Source: a virus
Virus record (IMG/VR): IMGVR_UViG_3300030329_006034
Coordinates: 1-64,000 of that record
Length of the DNA stretch: 64,000 nt
Strand: one strand, 5' to 3'
Shown: piece after piece, positions 1-9,393 of the stretch
Numbering within the stretch: the stretch's first letter is position 1
Layout of the letters: every line of letters starts with the position of its first letter
Made by a program: the position numbers and the translations under genes
Notes under the pieces: generated by a model
The model's database searches: none
What the model was told of the DNA's origin: nothing
What the model saw: the letters and a program-made list of their open reading frames with translations, nothing else

Positions 1-646
1 TAACATACCCAGTTGTAAAACCGGTTCCAATTGGTCTTGAATACATTCCTAAGATAGAAGCACTACACACACAATCCTCTACAATAAAAATCCCCCCAGG
101 TTTAAGTTTATGTAATGAATGTTCTGCAAAGTGAATATTTGCCTCTAATGTATGTAGACCGTCTTCAATAATTAAATCAAATTCTATATTTTTTAATTCC
201 TCAGTACCCCATAAAGAATTAATACTTTTTGGGCATGTTTGATCGCATTGAAACGTTTTAATGTTAGGGTGATCAATTTTAATAGTCCCATCTATATCCG
301 CCCCAAATATATTACCGTGCTTATATGTCTTTTCTTTAATTGTTGGATTTAGGAAATCATTTACAGCAATTAAACTACCACCAGCGGCTCCATTAGGGCT
401 ACCTCCTATAAATTCTTCATTTTTTGAACCTAGCCCTAATTCAAAATAATTTATTACTCGCTTTTCAGCTATAAACCTTCTTAATATTTCAAAATAAAAA
501 TTGGAATAATTGTGATTACTACCTCGAGGTCCGCCAAATTTTTTATCACTGGCATACTTCTTGAATAGAGAGCATAAAGGCGTGTCTGCTATTGCCTCTA
601 TACTACCATCTAACCAACCGGTGCATATGTCCTCCATTTTAATCAT
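1..646 (-). CDS. Class I SAM-dependent methyltransferase (partial, runs off window start)
   Basis: Not in the ORF track; translated by hand from ATG at 646 (ATGA overlap with upstream stop): MIKMEDICTGW...YFELGLGS...IFGADID...FDLIIEDGLH...KLKPGGIFIVED; frame stays open to the window edge. Confidence 0.8.
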   Translation of the reverse strand, partial: MIKMEDICTGWLDGSIEAIADTPLCSLFKKYASDKKFGGPRGSNHNYSNFYFEILRRFIAEKRVINYFELGLGSKNEEFIGGSPNGAAGGSLIAVNDFLNPTIKEKTYKHGNIFGADIDGTIKIDHPNIKTFQCDQTCPKSINSLWGTEELKNIEFDLIIEDGLHTLEANIHFAEHSLHKLKPGGIFIVEDCVCSASILGMYSRPIGTGFTTGYV

Positions 647-1335
647 TTTTGGAGCCGCTCCTTTACTATATCTAAAATTTTATATTTATCATCTTTAGTT
701 CGTGTCCAGTTACCATGATGAATGTAAATGTTCTTCGGAATTGGAAATTTATCGTCTGTATTAACCCAATGACCCTTTAATCCACCTTTACCGTCAGGTT
801 GTCCAGCAATGTGACCAAAGGTAAAATATTCGTTAGGTAACATACTCCATTTAACTTGTATTGCGGGAAAGTTTTGCAGATTTCTTAACAAATAATTGGT
901 GGTTCTTTGTTCTTCTTCAAACTTTTCCAAGTTACCACGTACAGTATTAAAAAAGGCACGTGTCTTTTTATTGTTTTTTACAGCAAAAAAGCCTGTATTA
1001 ACACCACCTGGTCCGTCATTTTGAAAGACCATATCGTTTATTTCCATACGTTTAACAATATCATCATAGAAATCCTTATAAATTACAATATCTGGATCAA
1101 TAAACATAAAAATTTCATCATCACCACACTCTTTTAGCTTCTCGTAAAAGCAATTTGCCTTATAATACATAGTACCGTGCCATCCTTCAGTACCAAACTC
1201 TGCAGTTTCACATAGTTGTGGTCTATGAAGTATAGTAAGCTCTATATTTTCGTTGTATTTAAATGAATCTAGTAAGTATTCATAAAGAAACTTCTTATGT
1301 GACGGGGTAAAGAGTGTATAGGCTTTAATTTTCAT
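643..1335 (-). CDS. Nucleotide-diphospho-sugar transferase (GT-A fold, GT77-like)
   Basis: FIDPDIV DxD motif, NTGFF, EQ, C-terminal HHGNW...K. Confidence 0.75.
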   Translation of the reverse strand: MKIKAYTLFTPSHKKFLYEYLLDSFKYNENIELTILHRPQLCETAEFGTEGWHGTMYYKANCFYEKLKECGDDEIFMFIDPDIVIYKDFYDDIVKRMEINDMVFQNDGPGGVNTGFFAVKNNKKTRAFFNTVRGNLEKFEEEQRTTNYLLRNLQNFPAIQVKWSMLPNEYFTFGHIAGQPDGKGGLKGHWVNTDDKFPIPKNIYIHHGNWTRTKDDKYKILDIVKERLQK

Positions 1336-2095
1336 GTCGGAATAATTGGTTTTCTATTTCAATTTCGTTAGCTAGCGGTGTCCACCACAGTACTTCCCCT
1401 GCAGATGGTCGCTTAAGAAGGACATTTTGTACAAAATGCCACCATTTACCCATTTCTGGTGTAGTACTGGCAATTTTTTCATTATGTGTCTTATATCTAT
1501 CGTTACCTTCCATAGACTCGGAGCTATGTTCTGGGTGAAAAATAACAGGGGGTTGCTTGTTTAGTATTTTAAAATTACTGTTTAAAACACTTTTGATAAA
1601 ATATACTGTATCCCAGTAAGGTTTACCTAGATACATATCTGGAAATAGGTGGTTATTGGTAAGCCACCATGATTTTTTAAAGGCAAACAGGTCAAATCCA
1701 TGTACACTATATGATTGAAGCTTGAGATCTTCATTTAAACTATCTAAACTATGTAAATGTACTCTAGAAGTTGGATATGACTCAACGTCTTTTTCTATTT
1801 GCTTAAAAAAAGAAGCGTTTAATATAATATCGTTGTTTAAAAATACGATAAGTTCATTGTCTGTTTTAGCTAACTCATCAATTATTTTATTTACATATGG
1901 ATATCTACCATCTTGCTGTAACTTTAAAGTCTTAAATCCATCAAAAGCGATATCATCTTGATCGTGTATAACATTATATAAAGTAACGTCAGGATTTTTA
2001 TCTCGACACCTACGTAATGACTCTAAACATAAAGTTTCTCTTTTTTCTAAGTCAGCTTCCTGCTTAAAACTATTGATACCAATTGCAATTTTCAT
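1325..2095 (-). CDS. Putative glycosyltransferase (GT-A-like)
   Basis: N-terminal beta strand, FLNNDII, GFDLFAF, LGKPYWD, FHPEH; lies within a GT operon. Confidence 0.6.
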   Translation of the reverse strand: MKIAIGINSFKQEADLEKRETLCLESLRRCRDKNPDVTLYNVIHDQDDIAFDGFKTLKLQQDGRYPYVNKIIDELAKTDNELIVFLNNDIILNASFFKQIEKDVESYPTSRVHLHSLDSLNEDLKLQSYSVHGFDLFAFKKSWWLTNNHLFPDMYLGKPYWDTVYFIKSVLNSNFKILNKQPPVIFHPEHSSESMEGNDRYKTHNEKIASTTPEMGKWWHFVQNVLLKRPSAGEVLWWTPLANEIEIENQLFRHEN

Positions 2096-2841
2096 TTAAT
2101 CTTTTCTATAACTTGCTGTTTGGTTAAATTAGGTATACCTTGTACAGGTGTTCCGTGTTTATTAATAAACATCTCATACTCTTTACCTAATTTTTTATCT
2201 CTTTCACCTCCCGCGTTAATTCTAGACTCTGTTTCTGGGTGATTCATAATCAATTTATCAGAATCCTTTACATCAGGAAACCACCAAAAGCCTGGAATAT
2301 GACCTGCTTGAGCTATTCTGTGAACATTCTCAACATCGAAAATATATCTAAACTTATTATCATATAACCCAGTGTCTTCAATACACTTTTTTGTTTTAAA
2401 TGTAAATTCATTACACATATGTGGGTATAAATTAACAGTAACGTCTTTTGAGTACTGTAATTCTAGTTTAGGTGTCCTGTTACCCGGTTCTCCTGATTCC
2501 CATGACGTGCTTACAAAGCAAAAATAACCAAACTTACTGAGTTCAGCTGCTTCAATGTATTTATCAAAGATATTTGGATCCTTAATTACCATATCATCCT
2601 CTAATGTGATATAATAATCCATATCCCTCTCCATTAAAAACCTTAAACAATCATTTCTACAAACAGACGGGTAGTAATTTTTACTATGCTGTATCCAATG
2701 TGCATCTTTATACTCGTTTTTATATTCTTTACCTCCATTAACAACAACTAGTTCATCTATACGATCCAACGGCAATGAATCATAGAGATCTTTAAAATAA
2801 TGTTCAGCATTATACGTTGTAATTCCTACACCTATCTTCAT
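2092..2841 (-). CDS. Glycosyltransferase family 2
   Basis: GITTYN, VVVNGG, RN, LEDDM, GLYD. Confidence 0.85.
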   Translation of the reverse strand: MKIGVGITTYNAEHYFKDLYDSLPLDRIDELVVVNGGKEYKNEYKDAHWIQHSKNYYPSVCRNDCLRFLMERDMDYYITLEDDMVIKDPNIFDKYIEAAELSKFGYFCFVSTSWESGEPGNRTPKLELQYSKDVTVNLYPHMCNEFTFKTKKCIEDTGLYDNKFRYIFDVENVHRIAQAGHIPGFWWFPDVKDSDKLIMNHPETESRINAGGERDKKLGKEYEMFINKHGTPVQGIPNLTKQQVIEKIK

Positions 2842-3602
2842 AGCGATTTAAAATAACTAATAACCTTATCAATATCATCGTATTCCTGATAAGGGTTTGT
2901 CACATCTATTTTATACTTACTTTTAAATCTTTCTACTCCTTTCCGAAAATTTTCCATCCAATTACCAGTGCGAATTTTTGACTTATCATGATTATAATCC
3001 TGGTCTTCAATATAATCATTACTATTTTCTAAATCAATAAACCATCTAAACGGCGGATGGTAGTTTTTTGTTATTGCATGCATCGTATGATCAACATGTT
3101 CCATTGCGTTAATATACTTTTCATCAAATAACCCAATATCTTCTAATACTGATCTATGGTAATAGGAGCATGCTCCGTATATATTAAAATATAACGATAC
3201 CTTTGTACCTTTAATATCAATAATTTTACGAGGATTTGGTTTATTGTTTATTTTATTATCTTGACCGTGTAAGCAATAATTAAAATGTTTAACTTTTGTT
3301 TTTTTACTAGTATCTATATATGCTTGAAATGCATTTTCTTTAAAAATAACATCATCCTCTACTAAAAAAATATGCTCACATTCGTCATCGAGTAAATGTT
3401 TTAGTGCTCTATTTTTTGCACGACCTACACCCTCTTTACCCGTTGTCTGTATAATAGGTGACCGGGCATCAAAAAGAGGTCCCTTCCCGTCGTTAATAAC
3501 AACCATTCGATCATACCACTCCTCCCTAATAGACTCTCTACACTTTTTAAAAAAGTCAGGTCTATTACATGTAATAATTCCTATACCAACACTTTCTATC
3601 AT
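2838..3602 (-). CDS. Glycosyltransferase family 2
   Basis: GIITCNR, VINDG, GVGRAKN, VEDDV, IGLFDE, EHVD; paralogue of the adjacent GT2. Confidence 0.85.
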   Translation of the reverse strand: MIESVGIGIITCNRPDFFKKCRESIREEWYDRMVVINDGKGPLFDARSPIIQTTGKEGVGRAKNRALKHLLDDECEHIFLVEDDVIFKENAFQAYIDTSKKTKVKHFNYCLHGQDNKINNKPNPRKIIDIKGTKVSLYFNIYGACSYYHRSVLEDIGLFDEKYINAMEHVDHTMHAITKNYHPPFRWFIDLENSNDYIEDQDYNHDKSKIRTGNWMENFRKGVERFKSKYKIDVTNPYQEYDDIDKVISYFKSL

Positions 3603-3605
3603 ACA

Positions 3606-4328
3606 CTATAAACCAAACTTACGAAATAGTTCTTTCTCTTTTTCCTCTTGATCTAAAGCCTCTTTTTGCTGGCGAACAAGTCTTTCAAGTTCATCAACAT
3701 CGTTAAAAATAGAAACATCCTCACCATACATTTCCCCTTCTGGAGTAACATATTCACTAATAAGATCAATTCGCTGTTGCCCGTCATGTGGCAACTCTAT
3801 AATGCAAGGAGAATCGCCCTTTGGGAAAAATATATCTGCTTCCGGATTTTCCGTATACTGTCTATACAGAGAATAAAAAATATTATCAACTTCTTTAATG
3901 AAATCAACGTCCGTATCTCTAACTCCATCGTCTTCCACACTTTGCTTTTCATCAAATCTACAAAGGAAAATTATATCTAAGAATCTTAACGACTCTCTCA
4001 TTAAGGATATTTGTGATGTTACAAAATCTTTGTCAAAGTCTTTAATGCCTTTTTCATGACACCATAGAGTGTAAGCAATATTATCTAATGGACAGCGATC
4101 ATATACAACTTTAGCTCCTTTATCGTGTTCTTGAACTTGATCGATAAAAAAGCTTAAGATTTTTTTTTGCGTTGGTGTAGTTGTATTTGAAGAATGAGAT
4201 AAATCTTCTTCAATTAAGATATCTCTATAAGTTTTTTCTGGTGTAATATAATTATCCCACGTGTAGAGAAAACTCTTTACTAAAGTTGATTTACCACTAT
4301 TACCTGTCCCTGAAAACGCAATTCTCAT
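3606..4328 (-). CDS. P-loop nucleotide kinase (AAA_28/NadR/dNMP-kinase-like)
   Basis: GTGNSGKST Walker A, YDRCPLD, EDDGVR. Confidence 0.75.
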   Translation of the reverse strand: MRIAFSGTGNSGKSTLVKSFLYTWDNYITPEKTYRDILIEEDLSHSSNTTTPTQKKILSFFIDQVQEHDKGAKVVYDRCPLDNIAYTLWCHEKGIKDFDKDFVTSQISLMRESLRFLDIIFLCRFDEKQSVEDDGVRDTDVDFIKEVDNIFYSLYRQYTENPEADIFFPKGDSPCIIELPHDGQQRIDLISEYVTPEGEMYGEDVSIFNDVDELERLVRQQKEALDQEEKEKELFRKFGL

Positions 4329-4343
4329 ACTATATATATTGCG

Positions 4344-5099
4344 TTACACCTTTAATGCCATATCCCATAAAAGCAAATGAAGTCTTGGTGAAAAATTAAC
4401 ATTCATACCTTTAGCATATTCTGCAACTGCTGCTGCTTTTTCTACATGTTCCTTTCGACTACCGCAACAAGGCATAAACCATATTCGATTTTTTGGAACT
4501 TGAACTGTATTATCGTCAACATATTTACGCCAAATTTCATCAATGTCTTTATCAGATGAAATTACAAATTTAAATCCAGAGCCAACTTCTTTATGCCATT
4601 TTAAAACTTTAGGCTTATAAGATCTTTCCTCCGGATCTCCATTTGAAGTCAGTTTAGGTGATGTTGTAAAGGTAGCATGAAATTTATCAACCCAATCTTC
4701 ATCTGGCTTAATTGTAGCGTTGGTTTCGAAATCAATTACTGGGTGAAAGTCGTACTTATAAATAAACGCCTTTATAAATTTAAGTAATTGTTTCTGTTGA
4801 ACCATAGGTTCACCTCCTGTAAGCTTAAAAATTGCCCCTTCGCGTAATTTATCTACTAGTTTGTGCTTTTCAAAATATTCGAATATTTCGTTAAACGTCA
4901 TTTTATTTTTAACCGACCATGAAATATAAGAATCACAACCATGTGGTGAGTCCTCTGAAGCAAACCCTTTGCAAGTTAGATTACACATTGACAATCTAAA
5001 AAATACAGAAGGCATACCGACGTATTCCCCTTCCCCTTCAAGTGTATAAAATGCTTTATCGTCCGATACTAGTAAAGTTTCTTTAGTACAATCAATCAT
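4344..5099 (-). CDS. queE: 7-carboxy-7-deazaguanine synthase (radical SAM)
   Basis: FYTLEGEG, FFRLSMCNLTC-x11-CDS, LTGGEP, ETN, SPKL, SPRLH. Confidence 0.9.
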   Translation of the reverse strand: MIDCTKETLLVSDDKAFYTLEGEGEYVGMPSVFFRLSMCNLTCKGFASEDSPHGCDSYISWSVKNKMTFNEIFEYFEKHKLVDKLREGAIFKLTGGEPMVQQKQLLKFIKAFIYKYDFHPVIDFETNATIKPDEDWVDKFHATFTTSPKLTSNGDPEERSYKPKVLKWHKEVGSGFKFVISSDKDIDEIWRKYVDDNTVQVPKNRIWFMPCCGSRKEHVEKAAAVAEYAKGMNVNFSPRLHLLLWDMALKV

Positions 5100-5106
5100 C
5101 CTTTAA

Positions 5107-5141
5107 ATTATATGAGTTGCGACGAGGTTTTCAACTAAATA
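5107..5141. promoter_or_regulatory. Divergent promoters: sigma70-like for queE (-) and late TAAATA for phoH (+)
   Basis: Minus: TTGAAA(5134-5129)-N16-TATAAT(5112-5107)-N7-ATG; plus: TAAATA(5136-5141)-N9-ATG. Confidence 0.65.
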
Positions 5142-5150
5142 ATAATACAT

Positions 5151-5873
5151 ATGAGTGTAAAAACCGCGCGATTACGTCGGGCAAGTACTGAACTTGCGGA
5201 AGCATTTAACAAAAACTACATATTTGATTTTAAAATCAAAAGACCGTTTTATTTAAATCCAAAACATAAAGAATTTTATAATTGTATAAAAAACTCTAAG
5301 ACAAAAATAGGATTTGTCGACGGACCGGCTGGGAGTATGAAAACATACATTGCTGTATATGCCGGTTTGGAACTTTTAAGAGAAGAGGCATTTACAAAAT
5401 TAGTATATATTAGATCAATTGCTGAATCAGCTGAAAAGAGTTTAGGTTCCTTACCAGGTGAAATTGATGATAAATTTTCCCCTTATGCCATACCTTTAGA
5501 TGAGAAGGTAGCTGAAATAGCCGGGGCTGGTGTATGTAGTATGTTAAAGCAAAAAGGATTAATTGAAGCTATACCGGTTAATTTTGTTAGAGGTCTTACT
5601 TTTAACAAGACTTTGGTAATTGTAGATGAAGCCCAAAACTTATCTCGTAAAGAATTAACTACAATACTTACAAGATTTGGTAGACATTCAAAATATATTG
5701 TTATAGGTGATTGTAACCAAGCTGATGTTAATAAATCCGGTTATAAGGAGATATTTAACATGTTTAACACACATCAAAGTACCGAAAATGATATATTTTC
5801 TTTTAAATTTGGTACTGCTGAAATATCTAGAAGTAAGATATTAAAATATATTTGTTCTGTATTAGGTACTTAG
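5151..5873 (+). CDS. phoH: PhoH-family ATPase
   Basis: GPAGSMKT, LGSLPG, RGLTF, DEAQN, TRFG, GDCNQ. Confidence 0.9.
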   Translation: MSVKTARLRRASTELAEAFNKNYIFDFKIKRPFYLNPKHKEFYNCIKNSKTKIGFVDGPAGSMKTYIAVYAGLELLREEAFTKLVYIRSIAESAEKSLGSLPGEIDDKFSPYAIPLDEKVAEIAGAGVCSMLKQKGLIEAIPVNFVRGLTFNKTLVIVDEAQNLSRKELTTILTRFGRHSKYIVIGDCNQADVNKSGYKEIFNMFNTHQSTENDIFSFKFGTAEISRSKILKYICSVLGT

Positions 5874-6499
5874 TTACCCCAGCTAGTACCTTCAAACCAA
5901 TTACCTTTACCTTGTGTAACTCGATTACCAACTTGAGCTGCACGTGGGTTATGATCTTGTGGAGCTGGGTCTGGCTCCGGCTTTGGCTCCGGCTTTGGTT
6001 CTTCAGCTGTTTCTTCTTTACCAGCTGTAGTTTCTCCTACCTTTTCATTTGCCTTAATTGTTGATCGATTATACGAAGCAAAATTATCATCATGTTCATA
6101 TACTGTTACACTTTCAACCCATACACGACCGTTTGTAGCTTCATCAACAAAACTATCTGCAGTTTTAAAACACCATTCAGCAAAACGCTCAATACCAACA
6201 CCACCGGTCATAATTCTAAGTTGAGCCAAACCTCTTGCATTTAGTTCTTTAAGTAATTCAATTTCCGGATCGTCGTTAGAAATTACTAAAGTATGATCAA
6301 ACTGCGTTTTATATATATGTTTAAGATCCTTAAGACCGCCAAAATCAAATACCCAGTTGTTATCGTCTAGTTCATTACAAGCAAATGTAACTTCTGCTTT
6401 AAGTTGATAACCATGAATATATCTACAGTGTGATTCTGCTCTTGGTTGACGAAATGCTGTTGAACCGAGCTCAATTAATTTTGATGACGTATGACTCAT
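5870..6499 (-). CDS. queD: 6-carboxy-5,6,7,8-tetrahydropterin synthase with C-terminal extension
   Basis: HCRYIHGY, WVFDFGGLK, FDHT, E; Pro/Glu-rich tail. Confidence 0.9.
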   Translation of the reverse strand: MSHTSSKLIELGSTAFRQPRAESHCRYIHGYQLKAEVTFACNELDDNNWVFDFGGLKDLKHIYKTQFDHTLVISNDDPEIELLKELNARGLAQLRIMTGGVGIERFAEWCFKTADSFVDEATNGRVWVESVTVYEHDDNFASYNRSTIKANEKVGETTAGKEETAEEPKPEPKPEPDPAPQDHNPRAAQVGNRVTQGKGNWFEGTSWGN

Positions 6500-6505
6500 G
6501 TATAT

Positions 6506-6533
6506 ATTTTATAGGAAACCAGAAAAAAATCAA
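6506..6533 (-). promoter_or_regulatory. sigma70-like promoter of queD
   Basis: TTGATT-N16-TAAAAT-N6-ATG. Confidence 0.6.
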
Positions 6534-6585
6534 CTAAGCCGCAAGTGTTTATAGGGGTCTCCCTCGTCCAGTCTCGGTTAATTAA

Positions 6586-7176
6586 TTAGTTGGAAAGCAA
6601 AGTCAACTGTCTCAGCAAATTTTTTTGCGAATAACTACTTAATTGTATTTCGGGATCGACTAAGAAATCATTATACTGTGGCTCTGTTGCTGTAGGTCGA
6701 TCCGACCCACGTCCGCGTCGTCGTTTACCATTCCACACGGTTTGATACTCACTATTTTGTGCGCCAATTATTTCCCATTTTTCTTCTTTATCGTCAGTAG
6801 GGCTAAGAATAAAAAATCCTTGCATAGGTATCATAACACCGTTTCGATCATCAAAAACTTCACCTTTAAAAGATACTTCTGCATGATTACTAGCTAATCT
6901 TCTTTCCCGGCCTAATTTTATTTTATTAAAACGTCGACGACCACGAGCTGAATCTAGATAGTTCCTTAATACCATTTTAGGATTTGTACCTGCTATTTTA
7001 TTATATGTAGTGCCGACTGCTGAACCTACGGCTCCTACAGCTTTAGCTGTGTTAGGCATTAACGCCTTACCTACTTGTCCGACACCCTGCGCTCCCACTT
7101 GCACGGCTTTTTTTGCCATATCGAGCATAGTCGAAATTCCTTCTTCGATAAGCTCTTTTTGACTTAATTTACCCAT
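6586..7176 (-). CDS. Hypothetical late protein
   Basis: 196-aa ORF; TAAATA 5 nt upstream; N-terminus MGKLSQKELIEE. Confidence 0.65.
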   Translation of the reverse strand: MGKLSQKELIEEGISTMLDMAKKAVQVGAQGVGQVGKALMPNTAKAVGAVGSAVGTTYNKIAGTNPKMVLRNYLDSARGRRRFNKIKLGRERRLASNHAEVSFKGEVFDDRNGVMIPMQGFFILSPTDDKEEKWEIIGAQNSEYQTVWNGKRRRGRGSDRPTATEPQYNDFLVDPEIQLSSYSQKNLLRQLTLLSN

Positions 7177-7225
7177 GCTAATATTTAGTCTTGATAATTA
7201 AATTTATAGTATATAATTATCACAT

Positions 7226-7873
7226 ATGGATCGTACTATAATTACAAAATTACCAACGGCAAATGGTAACATGCCTTTAACAGAAGAAGAAAAATTACAA
7301 GTAATTGAAGATGCAGCTGCAGCTTATGAGAAATATCTAGATGCATTGCGAATCGATTGGCGAAATGATCCTAATAGTAGTAATACCCCAAAGCGTGTAG
7401 CTAAAGCTTTTGTGAATGACTTAGCTGCTGGTTGTTATAATGATTTACCTAATGTAACTGCCTTCCCGTCTGATGGTTATGACGGAATGGTCTTTCAAGG
7501 CGGTATACCTGTTAAGTCTTTTTGTTCACACCATCACCTTCCCTTTACTGGTAGAGCTCATGTAGCTTATATTCCATCTAAAGAGGGTAAAGTTATTGGA
7601 TTAAGTAAACTTAACCGTATTGTTGAGCATTATGGTAGAAGGCCACAAATTCAAGAAGGTCTTACAATGCAAATTCATAAAGCTATTGACGAAATCTGCG
7701 AAGGTAACAAAGGAGTTGCTGTTATGATCTCTGCTACTCACACTTGCGCTTGTCTTAGAGGTATTAAACATGATGGTTGTGAAATGAAAACAAGTAGATT
7801 GAGTGAAGACTTCTTAGGTGATGTTGCTACAAGAGGTGAATTTTATCAATTCGTAAATGATTGGCAAAAATAG
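7226..7873 (+). CDS. folE: GTP cyclohydrolase I
   Basis: TPKRVAK, CSHHHLPF, GLSKLNR, RPQIQE, HTCACLRG. Confidence 0.95.
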   Translation: MDRTIITKLPTANGNMPLTEEEKLQVIEDAAAAYEKYLDALRIDWRNDPNSSNTPKRVAKAFVNDLAAGCYNDLPNVTAFPSDGYDGMVFQGGIPVKSFCSHHHLPFTGRAHVAYIPSKEGKVIGLSKLNRIVEHYGRRPQIQEGLTMQIHKAIDEICEGNKGVAVMISATHTCACLRGIKHDGCEMKTSRLSEDFLGDVATRGEFYQFVNDWQK

Positions 7874-7883
7874 AGGAACAGTA

Positions 7884-8324
7884 TTAGTAATCTACCTCGT
7901 CTTCGCGACTAGCGATGTTTTCTTGACTAACATCGATAAGAGCATCAAGCTCATTTTCAATAAAATCTTTACTTACTAAGATTTTATATAGGTTAGAAGT
8001 TCTATTACCAATAGAAAATGGTATATCTCTAAACTCCTTGTTACCAATTTTAAGATCAAAATTAACAACTGGTCTTTCCTCTGTATTACCAGCACCTACA
8101 TTAATAATAATGTCGTCTACTTTATCTTTCATTAGACGTTTATTGTTTACTGTCTTAAAATGAACCTTGTTACCTTGTACTTGTATATCTTCACCGTGAA
8201 TAACATTAAATGCACCGTTACCGGAGTCCAGCTTTGATGGAATTTTACCAACACCATCTACATCAAAGAACTCTATGAGCCCTAAGACTTGTTTTTCGAT
8301 AAAAAATTGTTTAAACTTCTTCAT
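7884..8324 (-). CDS. Retropepsin-like protease (RimK-associated 'ATP-dependent Zn protease' family)
   Basis: KLDSGNG catalytic-type motif, ERPVV, NR...ILV; N-terminus MKKFKQFFIE. Confidence 0.7.
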   Translation of the reverse strand: MKKFKQFFIEKQVLGLIEFFDVDGVGKIPSKLDSGNGAFNVIHGEDIQVQGNKVHFKTVNNKRLMKDKVDDIIINVGAGNTEERPVVNFDLKIGNKEFRDIPFSIGNRTSNLYKILVSKDFIENELDALIDVSQENIASREDEVDY

Positions 8325-8348
8325 AGCAACTGCTACTTACGAGTGCGG

Positions 8349-8768
8349 TCATGTGTTTCCTACTTCTTCGTACCCTACGTTAAATTGATCTACGGGTACT
8401 TCTATTTCTTGTATATCAATTACAATGTCTTCCTTTTCATTCGTTTCGTAATCCAAATAATGGAACACAGAAGAGAGATAATCAGCTGCTTTTGTAATTT
8501 TAGAAGCAACCCAACCATCTAACCCTGGGAGTGTTGGTACTATTTCACTTAATTTAGCAGCATAGTCCTGTGCTTTAAGCAACTCCCTACTAGCCATATC
8601 AATTTCTGACTTATCATACTCACCGCAGCTTTCTTCATCAGAAGGAATAGCAATTATAGGTCCTTGAGCTCCAATTGACGCAGTTTGTCCAGCTGGCCCT
8701 ATGTTTTCATTTACTTTTTGGTAAGCTTCTTCCATTAAGGCTCGTTCTCTACGCTTCTGATCTCTCAT
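8349..8768 (-). CDS. Hypothetical late protein
   Basis: 139-aa ORF with LDGWVASKITKAADYL helix; TAAATA 5 nt upstream. Confidence 0.65.
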   Translation of the reverse strand: MRDQKRRERALMEEAYQKVNENIGPAGQTASIGAQGPIIAIPSDEESCGEYDKSEIDMASRELLKAQDYAAKLSEIVPTLPGLDGWVASKITKAADYLSSVFHYLDYETNEKEDIVIDIQEIEVPVDQFNVGYEEVGNT

Positions 8769-8772
8769 ACTA

Positions 8773-9393
8773 TTATTTAGTCAAAATATGACTTAAGCCC
8801 TCTGCATCTACATGATCTAAATTAGGTACATACCTCTTAAGCAATTCTATATCTCTAGGATTTTTTCTTATATCTCCTGCGTTTAGCGCCTGATCACCCG
8901 TTGTAGTAACATTAACAGCAGTTTCCTCGGGATCTAATACTTTGACATCTATATTATTTTTTTCCACCCACGCTGGAGCAGATTTAAATTTCGCCCAATC
9001 TGGAACCCCCTTATCATCTGGTTTTTTGCTAGCACCTAACACTGCAACAGTTCCCGGTTCTAAATCTCTTAAAGCCTCAAAAGCTACTCCAACAGGAGAT
9101 GCCTCCGGTGATATATCAATTTCAACATTGTGTAAATGACTTGTATAATACTCAAAAATCTCTTTAGCTACTTGTGGTGTTATTTCCTTACCGTCTGCTG
9201 TATAGCGGATTTTTGCTGGCCCAGGTTTAGAAATTAATACCTTAATCTTACCCTGAGGGTATTGTTTACTATATTTTTCTACCATTTCATAATGACCTCT
9301 ATGTGGAGGTTTAAAGCTACCCGGTACGAATACTACTACATCTTGTGAACCAGCAGTCTCTTCATCTTGAAAATATTCTTTAAATGTTCTCAT
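8773..9393 (-). CDS. HxGH (cytidylyltransferase-like) nucleotidyltransferase
   Basis: PGSFKPPHRGH motif, C-terminal NAGDIR (SxTxxR-like). Confidence 0.8.
   Translation of the reverse strand: MRTFKEYFQDEETAGSQDVVVFVPGSFKPPHRGHYEMVEKYSKQYPQGKIKVLISKPGPAKIRYTADGKEITPQVAKEIFEYYTSHLHNVEIDISPEASPVGVAFEALRDLEPGTVAVLGASKKPDDKGVPDWAKFKSAPAWVEKNNIDVKVLDPEETAVNVTTTGDQALNAGDIRKNPRDIELLKRYVPNLDHVDAEGLSHILTK

Noticed and set aside
4950-4995. Non-canonical radical-SAM motif C-x3-C-x11-C in QueE as a novelty
   Set aside because: Insertions within the cysteine motif are known among QueE enzymes, and all three ligands are present.
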